Positions 1-10,706 of a DNA stretch of 64,000 nt are shown here, piece after piece. Position numbers and translations under genes: made by a program. Position 1 is the first letter of the stretch; every line of letters begins with the position of its first letter. The stretch is from Callorhinchus milii (Eukaryota), in assembly GCF_018977255.1 (NCBI RefSeq), contig NW_024704742.1, positions 4,280,001 to 4,344,000 on the forward strand. The letters are read 5' to 3'. The notes under the pieces are model-generated. The model did no database searches. It saw nothing but the letters and a program-made list of their open reading frames with translations, and was not told the origin of the DNA.

Positions 1-683
1 GTCTTTGAATTGGATCCTGTAAATGAAAGATTTCGTTGACGAAATCTTTATGATTTGATGGGTGCACGAGAGGTAAGGAACGTCGCCAATGCAACCCTGC
101 TCCTTAAATCCCAAATAGTTGGCCTGGAATTGTAATAATCTCTGAAAGTCAGTAGCAAAAGCCATCTTCGGTTCTGTGGGATCATTTCGGCACGTTTCGA
201 GAAATTGCTTGAAACGTGAGGCGTCAGTCGGTGAAAGGGTCGAGGATCCCAGAAGAAATATATTTCCTATTTGCTTTGCTTTATTAAGGAAGAAAGAAAG
301 AAAGAGAGAGAGAGAGAAAGAAAGAAAGAAAGAAAGAAAGAGAGAAAGAGGCAGTCATCTCAATCTGGAACTCAAGAAGACAATGATGAAAAAGGCAGCC
401 CTCAACCCTTGGCTCTCTTTTTTTTTTTTTTGGGGGGGGGGGGGGGTGGGTGGTCTTCCCTTTATCATCGAGAGGGATGGCAGAGAGGGATGGCAGAGAG
501 GGTGGTCAGTGTCCAGATCACTGGGATTTGGAAACATCACACCAAACGCACCACACCGCACGCAGGGGTTAAACGGCAAGAGGATCTCTGTGATGTGACA
601 CAGACCAGAGAGTGCCCCCACACCGTCCATTTGACTAGAGATTCACTGGGGTCTGTTTAATGGTTACCCAATCTCCCCCCCCC

Positions 684-716
<33 letters not shown>

Positions 717-2597
717 AGGACAGGTTAATGATTTCCACTGCTGGGGATATCAAGGTGGCCTTATTTTATTAGACATACAGGCGCAGCAAATGGAAATAGT
801 CACGTTGCGCCCTTTATAAAGTCGACAGATAATACATCGCTAAGGTTGTTCTTAAAGTTGTTTTTTTTTTTTTGGGGGGTGGGGGGGGGGGGGCAGAAAC
901 GGTGGTCCAGTTACTCCACAGATGGGAATCGGTGAGTTCACTCATTGCGACAGATGCCCCATCGCAGGAACCTGTCGCTGACTTTGATGTCAGATGGAGA
1001 TGGGGTTCCAGCGCTGTGAATGGCTCGTTGGGGGCAGTGCAATGGGGCATTGGTACTGAGATCTATCCCCCCCCCCCCCCACCCACCCCCCCCCCCCCAC
1101 CCCCACCTCACTGGTTAGGGGTTCAACATCGAAAGCAAATTACCGAACCACATTCATTCAATTGTAAGAAAAGGACTAACAGTTACATGGTTCTCTTTAG
1201 TAAACCGCTGTCTTGGCAGTGGTGGTGGTGGGGGGTGGGATGGGGGTGGGATGGGGGGTGGGATGGGGGGGGGGAGGTTATGCGTTATGGTTTATATTCC
1301 TGGTTTAATATTGACCTGATTTTATGAACTCTCGCCTTTAGCACTCCATCGCATATATCTGTTCAGAAAATTCGAGCCTCCTCGCAAGTTTGGACGCTTC
1401 GAGAGCCTTCTGTTACATTGCACTGAGAGAACTGTTTGGATTCTGGGCCGAAAGAGAATAAAATCCATGTGTTGGGCTTTTCTGGAATGCTGAGGACCAT
1501 TGGATCAGCAACTCGGGTCATCGTACGTGTTGTAGCAGAGTCGTAATCCATTCATTTCAATTCCACAGCATCTTATAAGGGATGTGTTATTTTTTTTCCC
1601 CCCCGCCCTGACTTCTAGAAATACTGTAGAATTCTGGAATAGATAGAATTAAAAACAGTGCATCCGAGAAGAGATCGGATCGCCCGAGCGATGTTTAAGC
1701 TTCGTTATGTGAAGTCCGATTTGGAAAGTTTTTTTAAAAATATAATTGCATTTTACAGTCGCTGCATTGTGACATTCGTGGGTTTATGATTTGCTTTGTG
1801 GCTGCGCCCTCCAAACGATACACAAAACAAAACTGTAAATAACCTCCATTCCCCCCCCCCACCGGACCTGGAGTATAGTATATCAGGTGTTTACAGAGCC
1901 ACATATATATATATATTATATATAATCATCCAGTTTCGGAAACGTGATGAGTTGCTAATTGCCCATTATTAATAACTATTCGGGTGTTTTCTGAACACGT
2001 CCTTTTCTTTTAGAGAAACCACCCCCCCCCACCCCATCCCCCCCCCCCCCACCCCACCCCCCCACCCTATCCCCCCACCCCACCCCACCCCCGCCAATGT
2101 GATGCGGGCTATTTTACACCGGTGGAGAACACGAGTATCCGCAACACCTCACCCAAGAGTTGTTGCAGAACTAAGCACTGGGCGACTCTGCAACCGCAAC
2201 TGCCAGTGTGTTTGCACAGAGCAGGAGGCAGCGGAAGACCTGTTTCAGGAGCCAGTGGGGGGGGGTCTCCCCCCAATACGGTTGAACCTCAGCAAACAGC
2301 AGATAGACTGTTTTGCAATGAATGGTCGATGAGAATGTCCTCCCAAGGTGCGCAATTGCATACGCTGCGACGCGGGCCACAGTGGCAGATAAGTTTGCGC
2401 AAATGTGCACCGGGGTTTATTTTTGGGGACACTTCGTTGGAGCATCACTTTTTGCAGCGTTCACTTCGCCAGCGTTACGGTGGCGTTTCTTTCGGGATCA
2501 TTCAATCCACTGTGGCAACAATATCACTGCAGTACTCCCGTGTGGGAGTACTTACTGTGTAGGCGTTTTAAACTCCTCTGTAGGGTTAAATGCAAGG

Positions 2598-2639
<42 letters not shown>

Positions 2640-2796
2640 AATAGTTAGCGGTGTTTGACATACTCTGCGGTGCTCTGCAAGGCAGATGGATGTTGAAACT
2701 AAATTCAGAAGGAAACCGACTACAAACGTGTCCCGACTCCATCTTCTGACCAAACATTGCAGGTTAAAGGATAACCTGCAGCTTGAAGACTTTCAA

Positions 2797-2797
2797 C

Positions 2798-2841
<44 letters not shown>

Positions 2842-2907
2842 CCTTGCATTTGATATAGCGCTTTTCACGTCGGGAGGACGTCCCAATATAAAACATGTGG
2901 CACAGAA
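2797..2907 (-). mobile_element. SINE 3' tail fragment
   Basis: (AAT)n TCCTTGCATTTGATATAGCGCTTTTCACGTC. Confidence 0.85.
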
Positions 2908-3211
2908 TTTTTTTTTTCTGGGGGTGGGAGTGGGGGTCGGGGGGTGGGGGGGGTGGGGGGGGGGAATTAAAATTGAAACAGGAGCCTCTGCTGGCGTGTA
3001 TGTTTTCCATAGTGAACGCCTTTCAAATTTAAACCTACCCTAGTTGAAAACAAATGAATACTCTCATATTATATATTATATGTATATTATATATATATAT
3101 ATTATGGTCAAATAATGCGTTCTGACCTGTTACAATCACTCAAAGGGAAGTGTCCACCAGTTCCCAACAACTGCCAAACCAGACACAAAAAGCCACCCAC
3201 CAGCATTACAG

Positions 3212-3251
<40 letters not shown>

Positions 3252-3358
3252 GAGCTTTAGCTGAGAGTGGAAGTGAAGGGATTGTTTATATAAAAAGACG
3301 CTGCAAAAACTATTGTCTGAACATGTATAGAAATGAAAAAATAATCTATTGCAAAGAT

Positions 3359-4022
3359 TCTCTCTCTCTCTCTCTCTGTCTGTGCCTCTGTCTCTCTCTG
3401 TGCCTCTGTCTCTCCCTCTGTGTTTCTGCCTCTCTCCATGTCTCTGTCTCTCTCAGTGTCTCTCTCTCTCTCTCTCTCAGTGTCTGTGTCTCTCTCTGTG
3501 CCTCTGTCTCTCTCTGTGTCTCTCTCTCTCTCTGTGTCTCTCTGTCTGTCTCTATCTGTGTCTGTCTCTCTCTCTCTGTCTCTCTCTCTCTGTACCTCTG
3601 TCTCTCTCTGTGTCTCTGTCTCTTTCTGTGTCTGTCTCTCTCTCTGTGTCTCTCTGTGTCTCTGTCTCTATCTGTGTGTCTCTCTCTCTGTGTCTCTGTG
3701 TCCCTCTGTGTCCCTGTCTCTCTCTGTGTCTCTGCCTCTATCTGTGTCTGTCTCTCTGTGTCTCTCTCTGTGTCTCTCTGTGTCTCTGTCTCTCTCTGTG
3801 TCTCTGCCTCCATCTGTGTCTGTCTCTCTGTGTCTCTCTCTGTGTCTCTCTGTGTCTCTGTCTCTCTCTGTGTCTCTGCCTCCATCTGTGTCTGTCTCTC
3901 TGTGTCTCTCTCTGTGTCTCTCTGTGTCTCTGTCTCTCTGTCTCTCTCTGTTTCTCTCTGTGTCTCTCTGTGTCTCTGTCTCTCTCTGTGTCTCTGTGTC
4001 TCTCTGTGTCCCTCTCTGTGTC
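3359..4022. repeat. Compound (CT)/(GT) microsatellite with an internal 72-bp higher-order unit
   Basis: Almost pure C/T/G dinucleotide sequence. The marker TCTGCC recurs at 3731, 3803 and 3875. Confidence 0.9.
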
Positions 4023-4109
4023 CCCCCCGTTCCCTTTGCTTCGCTACTCAGAAGCTGTGACCGTGGTGTGACAGTCCCCCCCCACTCCCCCCCCCACTCC
4101 CCCCCCTCC

Positions 4110-4730
4110 CGCATCTCCACCAATCCGAGTGGCCGGCGGTCTCTGGCCAATCAGCAAACAGTGCCCGCCTCCCTCCTGTGAGTGGCGGGCGGGCGGAGCG
4201 TGCGATTGGTCGGCGAGCGGTGGGGGTGGGGGGGGGAGTGTGTGGGGGGGGGGGGGTTACACACAGGAGGCGGGGCTTGTGATCGGCCGCTGTGATTGGT
4301 TGGGGCTGTGTGGGTGGGGTGGAGGGGGGTGATTGTCGGATAAGCCTTTGGCTCGTTCTGATAGGTCGGTGGTGGTGGTGGGGGAGGGGGTGGAGTGGGG
4401 GGGGGGGGGTGTTTGGGGGTGGGGGGGGGGGGGTCCTGGCTCCTCCCAGCCCCGCCGTGTGAGTGACAGCAGTGGGGGGGGGGTGTGGGGGGGGGCGATG
4501 CTGTGGTCCCGCAAGGTGGTGATGGTTGGGTTGGAGGTGGGGAGGGAGGGAGGGGGTGGGTGGGGGGTGTTGGGGGGGGGTGTTGGGGGGGGGGGGTGTT
4601 GGAGAGGGGGGTGTTGGGGGGGGGTGTTGGGGGGGGGGGGGGCTGAGCCTGGAGCGAATCAGCGCTGCTCACCGCGCGGGTTCAGCCACATTTAAACAAC
4701 TAATGGAGGAGCATCGACGCGACTGAAGGC
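4110..4730 (+). promoter_or_regulatory. Putative Pax5 exon-1B promoter
   Basis: CCAAT at 4120 and 4147, ATTGG at 4205 and 4295, GC boxes near 4187-4196 and 4267-4275, CpG-rich, TATA-like TTTAAA at 4691-4696, directly upstream of an ATG-free leader. Confidence 0.65.
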
Positions 4731-5852
4731 GAGAGCGCTGCAAAAAAGAGAGAGAGAAAGAGAGAGAGAGAGGAGAAGAAGAAGGAGAAGGAGAAGCAGC
4801 AGCAGCAGCAGCCCCCCAAAAAAAGGGGGGGGGGGAGCAGGAGCATTCACTCAACCACTCCGCCGAGGTGGGGGAACGAGAAAGAGAGAGAGAGAGAGAG
4901 AGAGAAAAAAGAAGAGCGAGAGAAAGAAGGGGAGAGAGAGAAAGAAGGAAGGAAAGAAGGGAAGGAAGAAGGAACGAAAGAAAGAAAGAAAGAAGGAAGG
5001 AAGGAACGAAAGAACGACAGAACGAAAGAGAGAAGGAAGGAAGGAGAAGAGAAGAGAAGAGAAGAGAAGAGAAGAGAAGAGAAGAGAAAGAGGGAGAGAA
5101 CATCTACCACCTACCCACCTTCTACCTCTCCATCCATCCATCCATCCATCCACACACACACACACACACACCACCAGCAGCAGCTACAGCAACAAACTCT
5201 CATTGCACAGGAGAAACGTCAACCCCCACCCAACCCCATACCCCCCACCCCACACCCAACAGAAAACAGCAACAGAACAACAACCAAAAAAAAAGGAAGA
5301 AGAAGAAGAAGAAGAAGAAGAGATAAAACCACACACACACCACCAAAAAAAAACACACCCCAAGAAGCTGGAATTCTTGTTGGATATTTTTGTTTCTTCT
5401 TCTGTCGGATTGTCTGTTGGGGACGATTTTCCCCCCGAAGTTTCCAACAAAATAATCGCTGCTGTCACTTGGCCAGAACATTTGGATCAGTTGTTGTGGT
5501 TGTTTTTTTTTTCTTGGAGGGGGTTGTTTGTTGGTGGTGGTGGTGGTCGTGGTGGTGTGTGTGGAGGAGAGGAGAGGAGAAGAGAGAGAGAGAGAGAGAG
5601 AGAAATATCTATTTTTTGGGCACTGCGTTTGACAAACGTAAAGTCTTTCTTTTTTTTTAAGTTCCTCGCACTCCCTCTCTCCCTCCCCACACCCCCCAAA
5701 AAAAGAAAAGAAAACCAAACAAAAATCCGACTGACACCTTGAAGATCCCAGAGACAGAACACACAGAGGATCTGGAACATTTTTTTTTAATATATATTAT
5801 ACAGACAACGACAAAAAAAAACCACAGAAGTGGGTGAGATCGAACCCGCTCT

Positions 5853-5884
<32 letters not shown>

Positions 5885-6186
5885 TTCTGGGTGGTGTGTT
5901 TTTTTTTTCTTCCCCTCCTCCTGCTTTAGTGGGTGTTGTTGCTGATCGCCCATTTGGAGTACAGGTGGAGAGAGAGCAAAAGAGAGAGAGAGAGAGAAAC
6001 ACCCACCCACACCACCCACACCACCCACACCCACGCACACGAGGAGCGAAGGGGTTAAAATCCTGCCTGGGAGCCTCGAGGTGTTCTCCAAATCGAAGAC
6101 GTTGTCCTCCTCCTCATCTGCTTCTTCTTCCTCCTCCTCCTCCACCTCCTCATCCTCTTCTTCTTCCTCCTCCTCCTCCTCCTCCC
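4720..6186 (+). other. Putative long 5' UTR of exon 1B
   Basis: No ATG on the + strand from 4706 to 6186. The start coordinate is inferred from the TATA-like element, not measured. Confidence 0.55.
4878..5100. repeat. Polypurine (GA/GAAA/GAAGA)n tract
   Basis: Directly visible. Confidence 0.9.
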
Positions 6187-6229
6187 ATGGAAATCCACTG
6201 TAAGCACGACCCGTTTACAGCAGTGCATA
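6187..6229 (+). CDS. pax5: Pax5 first coding exon (exon 1B type), MEIHCKHDPFTAVH+A
   Basis: cccATGG start. The peptide matches the Pax5 exon-1B N-terminus (MEIHCKHDPF). It ends at a phase-1 donor A|gtaagt, and A+GG from exon 2 gives Arg in frame. Confidence 0.95.
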
Positions 6230-6740
6230 GTAAGTAGGCAGCTCGTTCCCTCCGCTTGTCTTGACACTTCCCAGTGAGTGAGAGTGCGTGGGGAGGGGGG
6301 GGGGGGGGGGGGTACCCGCAAACCCACCCCACCCCATCCCCATCCCCATCCCCATCCCATCCCCATCCCATCCCCATCCCCAGCTACTGCCTCTGCGCAC
6401 CGAGCATCGCAAAGTCTTGGGTGGGTGTGGGTGGGTGGTTGGGGTGGTGGGTTGGGGGGGAGGGAAAGAACCCCCCCCCCCCACACACACACACACACCC
6501 CTGTCCCTGTGCAAGCAAGGCAGACAGGCCAAGCAACACGTGCCAGGTTGTAACATCACCTAAAGATCACCCACCCCCAACCCTTCCATCCCCTCCTCCC
6601 AAATTGTAGGGGATTAAACTCCTCTTTTAGTTCGATTCCCTAACCTTTGCAAACTCCCCCCCCACACACACATACACCAAGTCCACCCCTGAAGCACAGC
6701 CGCAGCATTTCTCTCTTCGTCGCCTAGAAAACTTTGACTG

Positions 6741-6790
<50 letters not shown>

Positions 6791-7045
6791 AAACACGGGG
6801 ATTGTAGTCGGTTTAACTCCGTCCTCCCAGTTGTAAACGTGTATCAAATCGATAATACAAATGAACCGGTTGCATTCTCACAAAATTCTGGCAAACAAAC
6901 AAAAAATAAAATAATTCGACAAGTGACCAGAAAATGGCACAGATGACTTTGCCCACCACCCACCACCCACCACCCCTCCCCCAAAGAAAGAGAGAGAGAG
7001 AAGGCGATAAAAGGATTAATTGCAATTAATATCCAACTGCTCCTT

Positions 7046-7152
7046 CTGTTGTGTTGGGTTGTGTTGTGTTGGGTTGTGTTGTGTTGGGTTGTGTTGTGTG
7101 TTGGGTTGTGTTGTGTTGGGTTGTGTTGTGTTGGGTTGTGTTGGGTTGGGTT
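7046..7152. repeat. (GTTGT/GTTGG)n pentanucleotide repeat
   Basis: Directly visible. Confidence 0.9.
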
Positions 7153-7749
7153 CTGTTCCTCTGGACTGGGTTATTTTTGCACAAAACCAGTGAGCCCGAA
7201 GAGAGGGTGTGAGGCTCTGACCTGTGTGTGTGTGTGTGAGAGAGAGAGAGAGCTCTGATCTTGGGGCCGTCGTGGCAGAGATCTCCAGCACCATTTGCTT
7301 TGGCTGATGGAGTGCGCCGGGCGCTTGTCTATTCTGCTGGTGTTATATGATATGACATATCCTATCACGGTGTGTTAAGAGTTATTATACCTACAGCTTG
7401 TAAACAGATGCTTTATCAACTCGAACTAATCATATTGTGCAGGGAACTATATACCCACTTTGCAGCCGTACCTCGTTCGACCAAAAGGTTTTTTTTCTCT
7501 CCCCCCTAACAGAGAGGAGCAGAGTCAGTCAAATTAAAAAAAAAACACTCCTCTCTCTTTTTTTAAAAATTATTATTATTACTACCCCTTTTCAGGGGGT
7601 TTGTTTTTCCAACCCTTCTTGGTGGAAATGGTCGATTTAAAGTTGTTCTGTACACCGGGCAACAAACTTTCCGGGCAGAAACGAATGGTATTGATCATTT
7701 TTTAATGTAGCAGGCAGACAATTTTTTTATATCCAGCAGAAATTCCAGC

Positions 7750-7806
<57 letters not shown>

Positions 7807-9583
7807 TCTCCTCCCCCCCCCCACCGTTTGAATTGTAAATATTCTTGGTTCCGACTGAGCGTTTTTTGTTAATCTTAATTCTCGTGTGTTTTTTTTCCAA
7901 AAAAAAAAGAGAGAGAAAGGAACGGAGCGATAATTAGATGACGGATTGAGTCATCCAAATTTATGGATCGGAGGGAAGGAAATAAAAGTAGTGGCAAGAC
8001 TTTTTTTTGGGGTAGAAAGGGGGTTTGGGGAGGGGGGGGGGGGGAGTGCGCCTGCTCCCCTGTTTTATTCATCATTTAAAGCAAATAAGCCTGTGATGAT
8101 CCAGTAATTTCCACGCTTAAGAGACTGACATAAATGGGGTAAACATTCATCGAACAAAAAAAAAACCCTCAGCTGTAAAAAAAGAAATGATCACTAACAA
8201 AAATGTTAATTTAACTTATTACCCCAAAACCGGTAAAGTAGGAGTCGAGAGAGCCGCCGGGGAAGCTCTCAGCACTTGGGGTATGAATTCACAGCCCCCT
8301 TTTTTTTTTCTAATTTGTCTCAGCCACGTCTTACAGTCGTTTTAAAAGAGGTATTTTTTTTTTTTTTTTAAAATGAAATGATTTAAATATCGCTCAGTTT
8401 CGATGACTCGGCTGCGCAATTGCCTTCCCGATCTGGTGAGGGGGACGGACGGCGTTTTAGTTTGTGTTTGTGAGTGCATTTGGATTTGCATCTGATTCGA
8501 TTTGCGAAGGATAAAAAAAAAAGTGAGGGGGGGGGGGATAAAAAAAACACAAATAAACCCTCACCGGGAATTGGAAAAAATTTAGATTGCAATCGTCTGT
8601 CTCTCTCTTCACTGCTTTCGTATTTCCCTTTTCTTCGACCGAATGGTAACTTTTTTTGTAACGGTTAGAAATATTTTTTTGTTGCCACTGTTTTTTTTTG
8701 CTTTGCAGACAGACCCCCCCCCTCCTCCCCCTCCTCCAAACAGTTTAATAGCACAGTTTGAAAAAGTCTATGCAATTCGGAATCAGACGGAATCGGCTCA
8801 GGTCTCTCATGAACGTATTTAAACAGGAACGCACAATGTTAACTTGATTCCAATCACCAAACCCCCCCCCACCACCCCCTCACCCCCAACCCCAAGCCAT
8901 CTTCCACTGCTCTGTTTGCAAGACTGTTGCCCCAAGTTTTTTTTTTAGCCTAAAATCTGTTCTGAAATCGTTCAGTTTCACTTTCTTTTTTATATATATA
9001 TATAACACACAAATCGTACGTGTTCACAGCACAGAACGTCCAATGCAATTGATGATAAACCCTATCGATTGCTCATTCGTACGTTAAATAAACCCAACGA
9101 TACACTTAAATTCCTGCCCACGGTTGTATGTATGTATATATGTATGTATGTGTGTATGTATGTGGATCATCCATCCAGTCGCCGGACGAGAGAGAATGTG
9201 TGAGTGTGATGAGCCTTGTGCTTTGGGTTGAGCTGTGTACCTGGAGTTTGATGCTGTCTCTGTGCTTCGTACATAGGTCGATGGTTTTGTCCCATCCTCA
9301 ACATTAATTCCCTTTATCTGCACTGTTGTCTGGAATGAGCCAATGCCAATTCTTGCTCCCCATCCCCTGCAGTCTTTCCCCCCTTTTCTATGCGGGGGTC
9401 TATCCAACAGTCTGATTGCCTGTGCTGTACCCCCCCCCCCCCCTCTGCATTGTGCCCCTTCGAGCAATCGGTTTAGAAGAGGGGTTTTCTATCACTGCTT
9501 CTCTTATGTTTATGTGCGTGTGTGTGTGTGTGTGTGTTTCTGTGTGTGTGTGTGTCTATGTGTTCTGCTGAGGGAACTGTCGG

Positions 9584-9678
9584 TGGGGTGATGGTGGGTG
9601 ATGGTGGGTGCTGGTGGGTGATGGGTGGTGGGTGCTGGTGGGTGGTGGGTGGTGGGTGGTGGTGGGTGGTGGGTGGGT
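9584..9678. repeat. G-rich (GGTGGGTGNT)n-like repeat upstream of exon 2
   Basis: Directly visible, with repeated GGG runs. Confidence 0.8.
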
Positions 9679-9826
9679 TTGCAAATGAAAACTGCGCGCG
9701 GGAGGTGAGGCTTGAGTGAGTGCTGGTATTTTACAGTATATTTGCATTGTTTCCCCCCACCACACCCCCCCCCCCCCCCCCCACACCTCTTTTTTTTTCC
9801 TCTTCATTTTGTATGTTGTATACAAG

Positions 9827-9992
9827 GGCATGGCGGGGTGAATCAGCTCGGAGGGGTGTTTGTCAACGGCCGACCTCTGCCCGACGTGGTGCGCCAGAGA
9901 ATCGTGGAGTTGGCCCATCAGGGGGTGAGACCCTGTGATATCTCCCGACAGCTGAGAGTCAGTCACGGTTGTGTCAGCAAGATCCTCGGCAG
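9827..9992 (+). CDS. pax5: Pax5 exon 2, N-terminal paired domain (HGGVNQLGG...VSKILGR)
   Basis: 166 nt. Pyrimidine tract plus aag| acceptor, donor AG|gtaaga. Canonical Pax2/5/8 paired-box sequence. Confidence 0.98.
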
Positions 9993-9995
9993 GTA

Positions 9996-10028
<33 letters not shown>

Positions 10029-10666
10029 CCCACACACACACACACACACAGACCCACACACACAGACACACACCCACACACACAGAGAATGTCACACACA
10101 CTTTGCTGCCCCTGGAAGAGTCTCAATCGCTGGTTTGTTTTTTGCAGGAGCATAATAATAATAATAATAATAATAATCCTAATAATACTACTAATAATAA
10201 TACTACTAATGATAATAAATATCCCTCGCACAGAAAGTCAACCCGGGTTTAAAGGGAACGAGAAAACTGGAACGGGAATTTCCACCACCAAGTTGCACGT
10301 TTCCAAAAGAACTTGGGTGCAAACTCTGACCAGAAATAGCAAACCCCCCCCCCCCCCCCCTCCCCCCACCCCCCCACACCCCCTCGTCGCCAAAATCGAC
10401 CCTCTATTGCCTCCCCGAAGCAGCAGGACAGCGATCACCATCCATCCATCCATCCATCCATTCATTCGTCAGCCTGTGGTTCCTGTGCCGTAGTATTAAT
10501 TCGAATAATCCTGCAGGTGAGAGAGTAATAATGGAAAATAATGTGGGCTGGCGAGAGAATCAGAAGTAATTCAAACATAACGTGACAGATAGGAGCAGCA
10601 GAAATAATCCAACAAGAAAGAGCGACAGCAGCCCAGACAAAACCCTTCCCCTGCAGGTAATCCATC

Positions 10667-10706
<40 letters not shown>

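Noticed and set aside
2686..2765. ATG GAT GTT GAA ACT AAA TTC (MDVETKF), reminiscent of mammalian exon 1A MDLEKNY
   Set aside because: No phase-1 GT donor at a suitable distance (the nearby CAG|GTTAAA is weak and phase 2), and the similarity is only a few residues.
3323..6609. Many long ORFs (Ser/Leu/Cys, Arg/Glu, poly-Pro/Gly)
   Set aside because: They are translations of microsatellites and homopolymers. Only 6187-6229 is real coding sequence.
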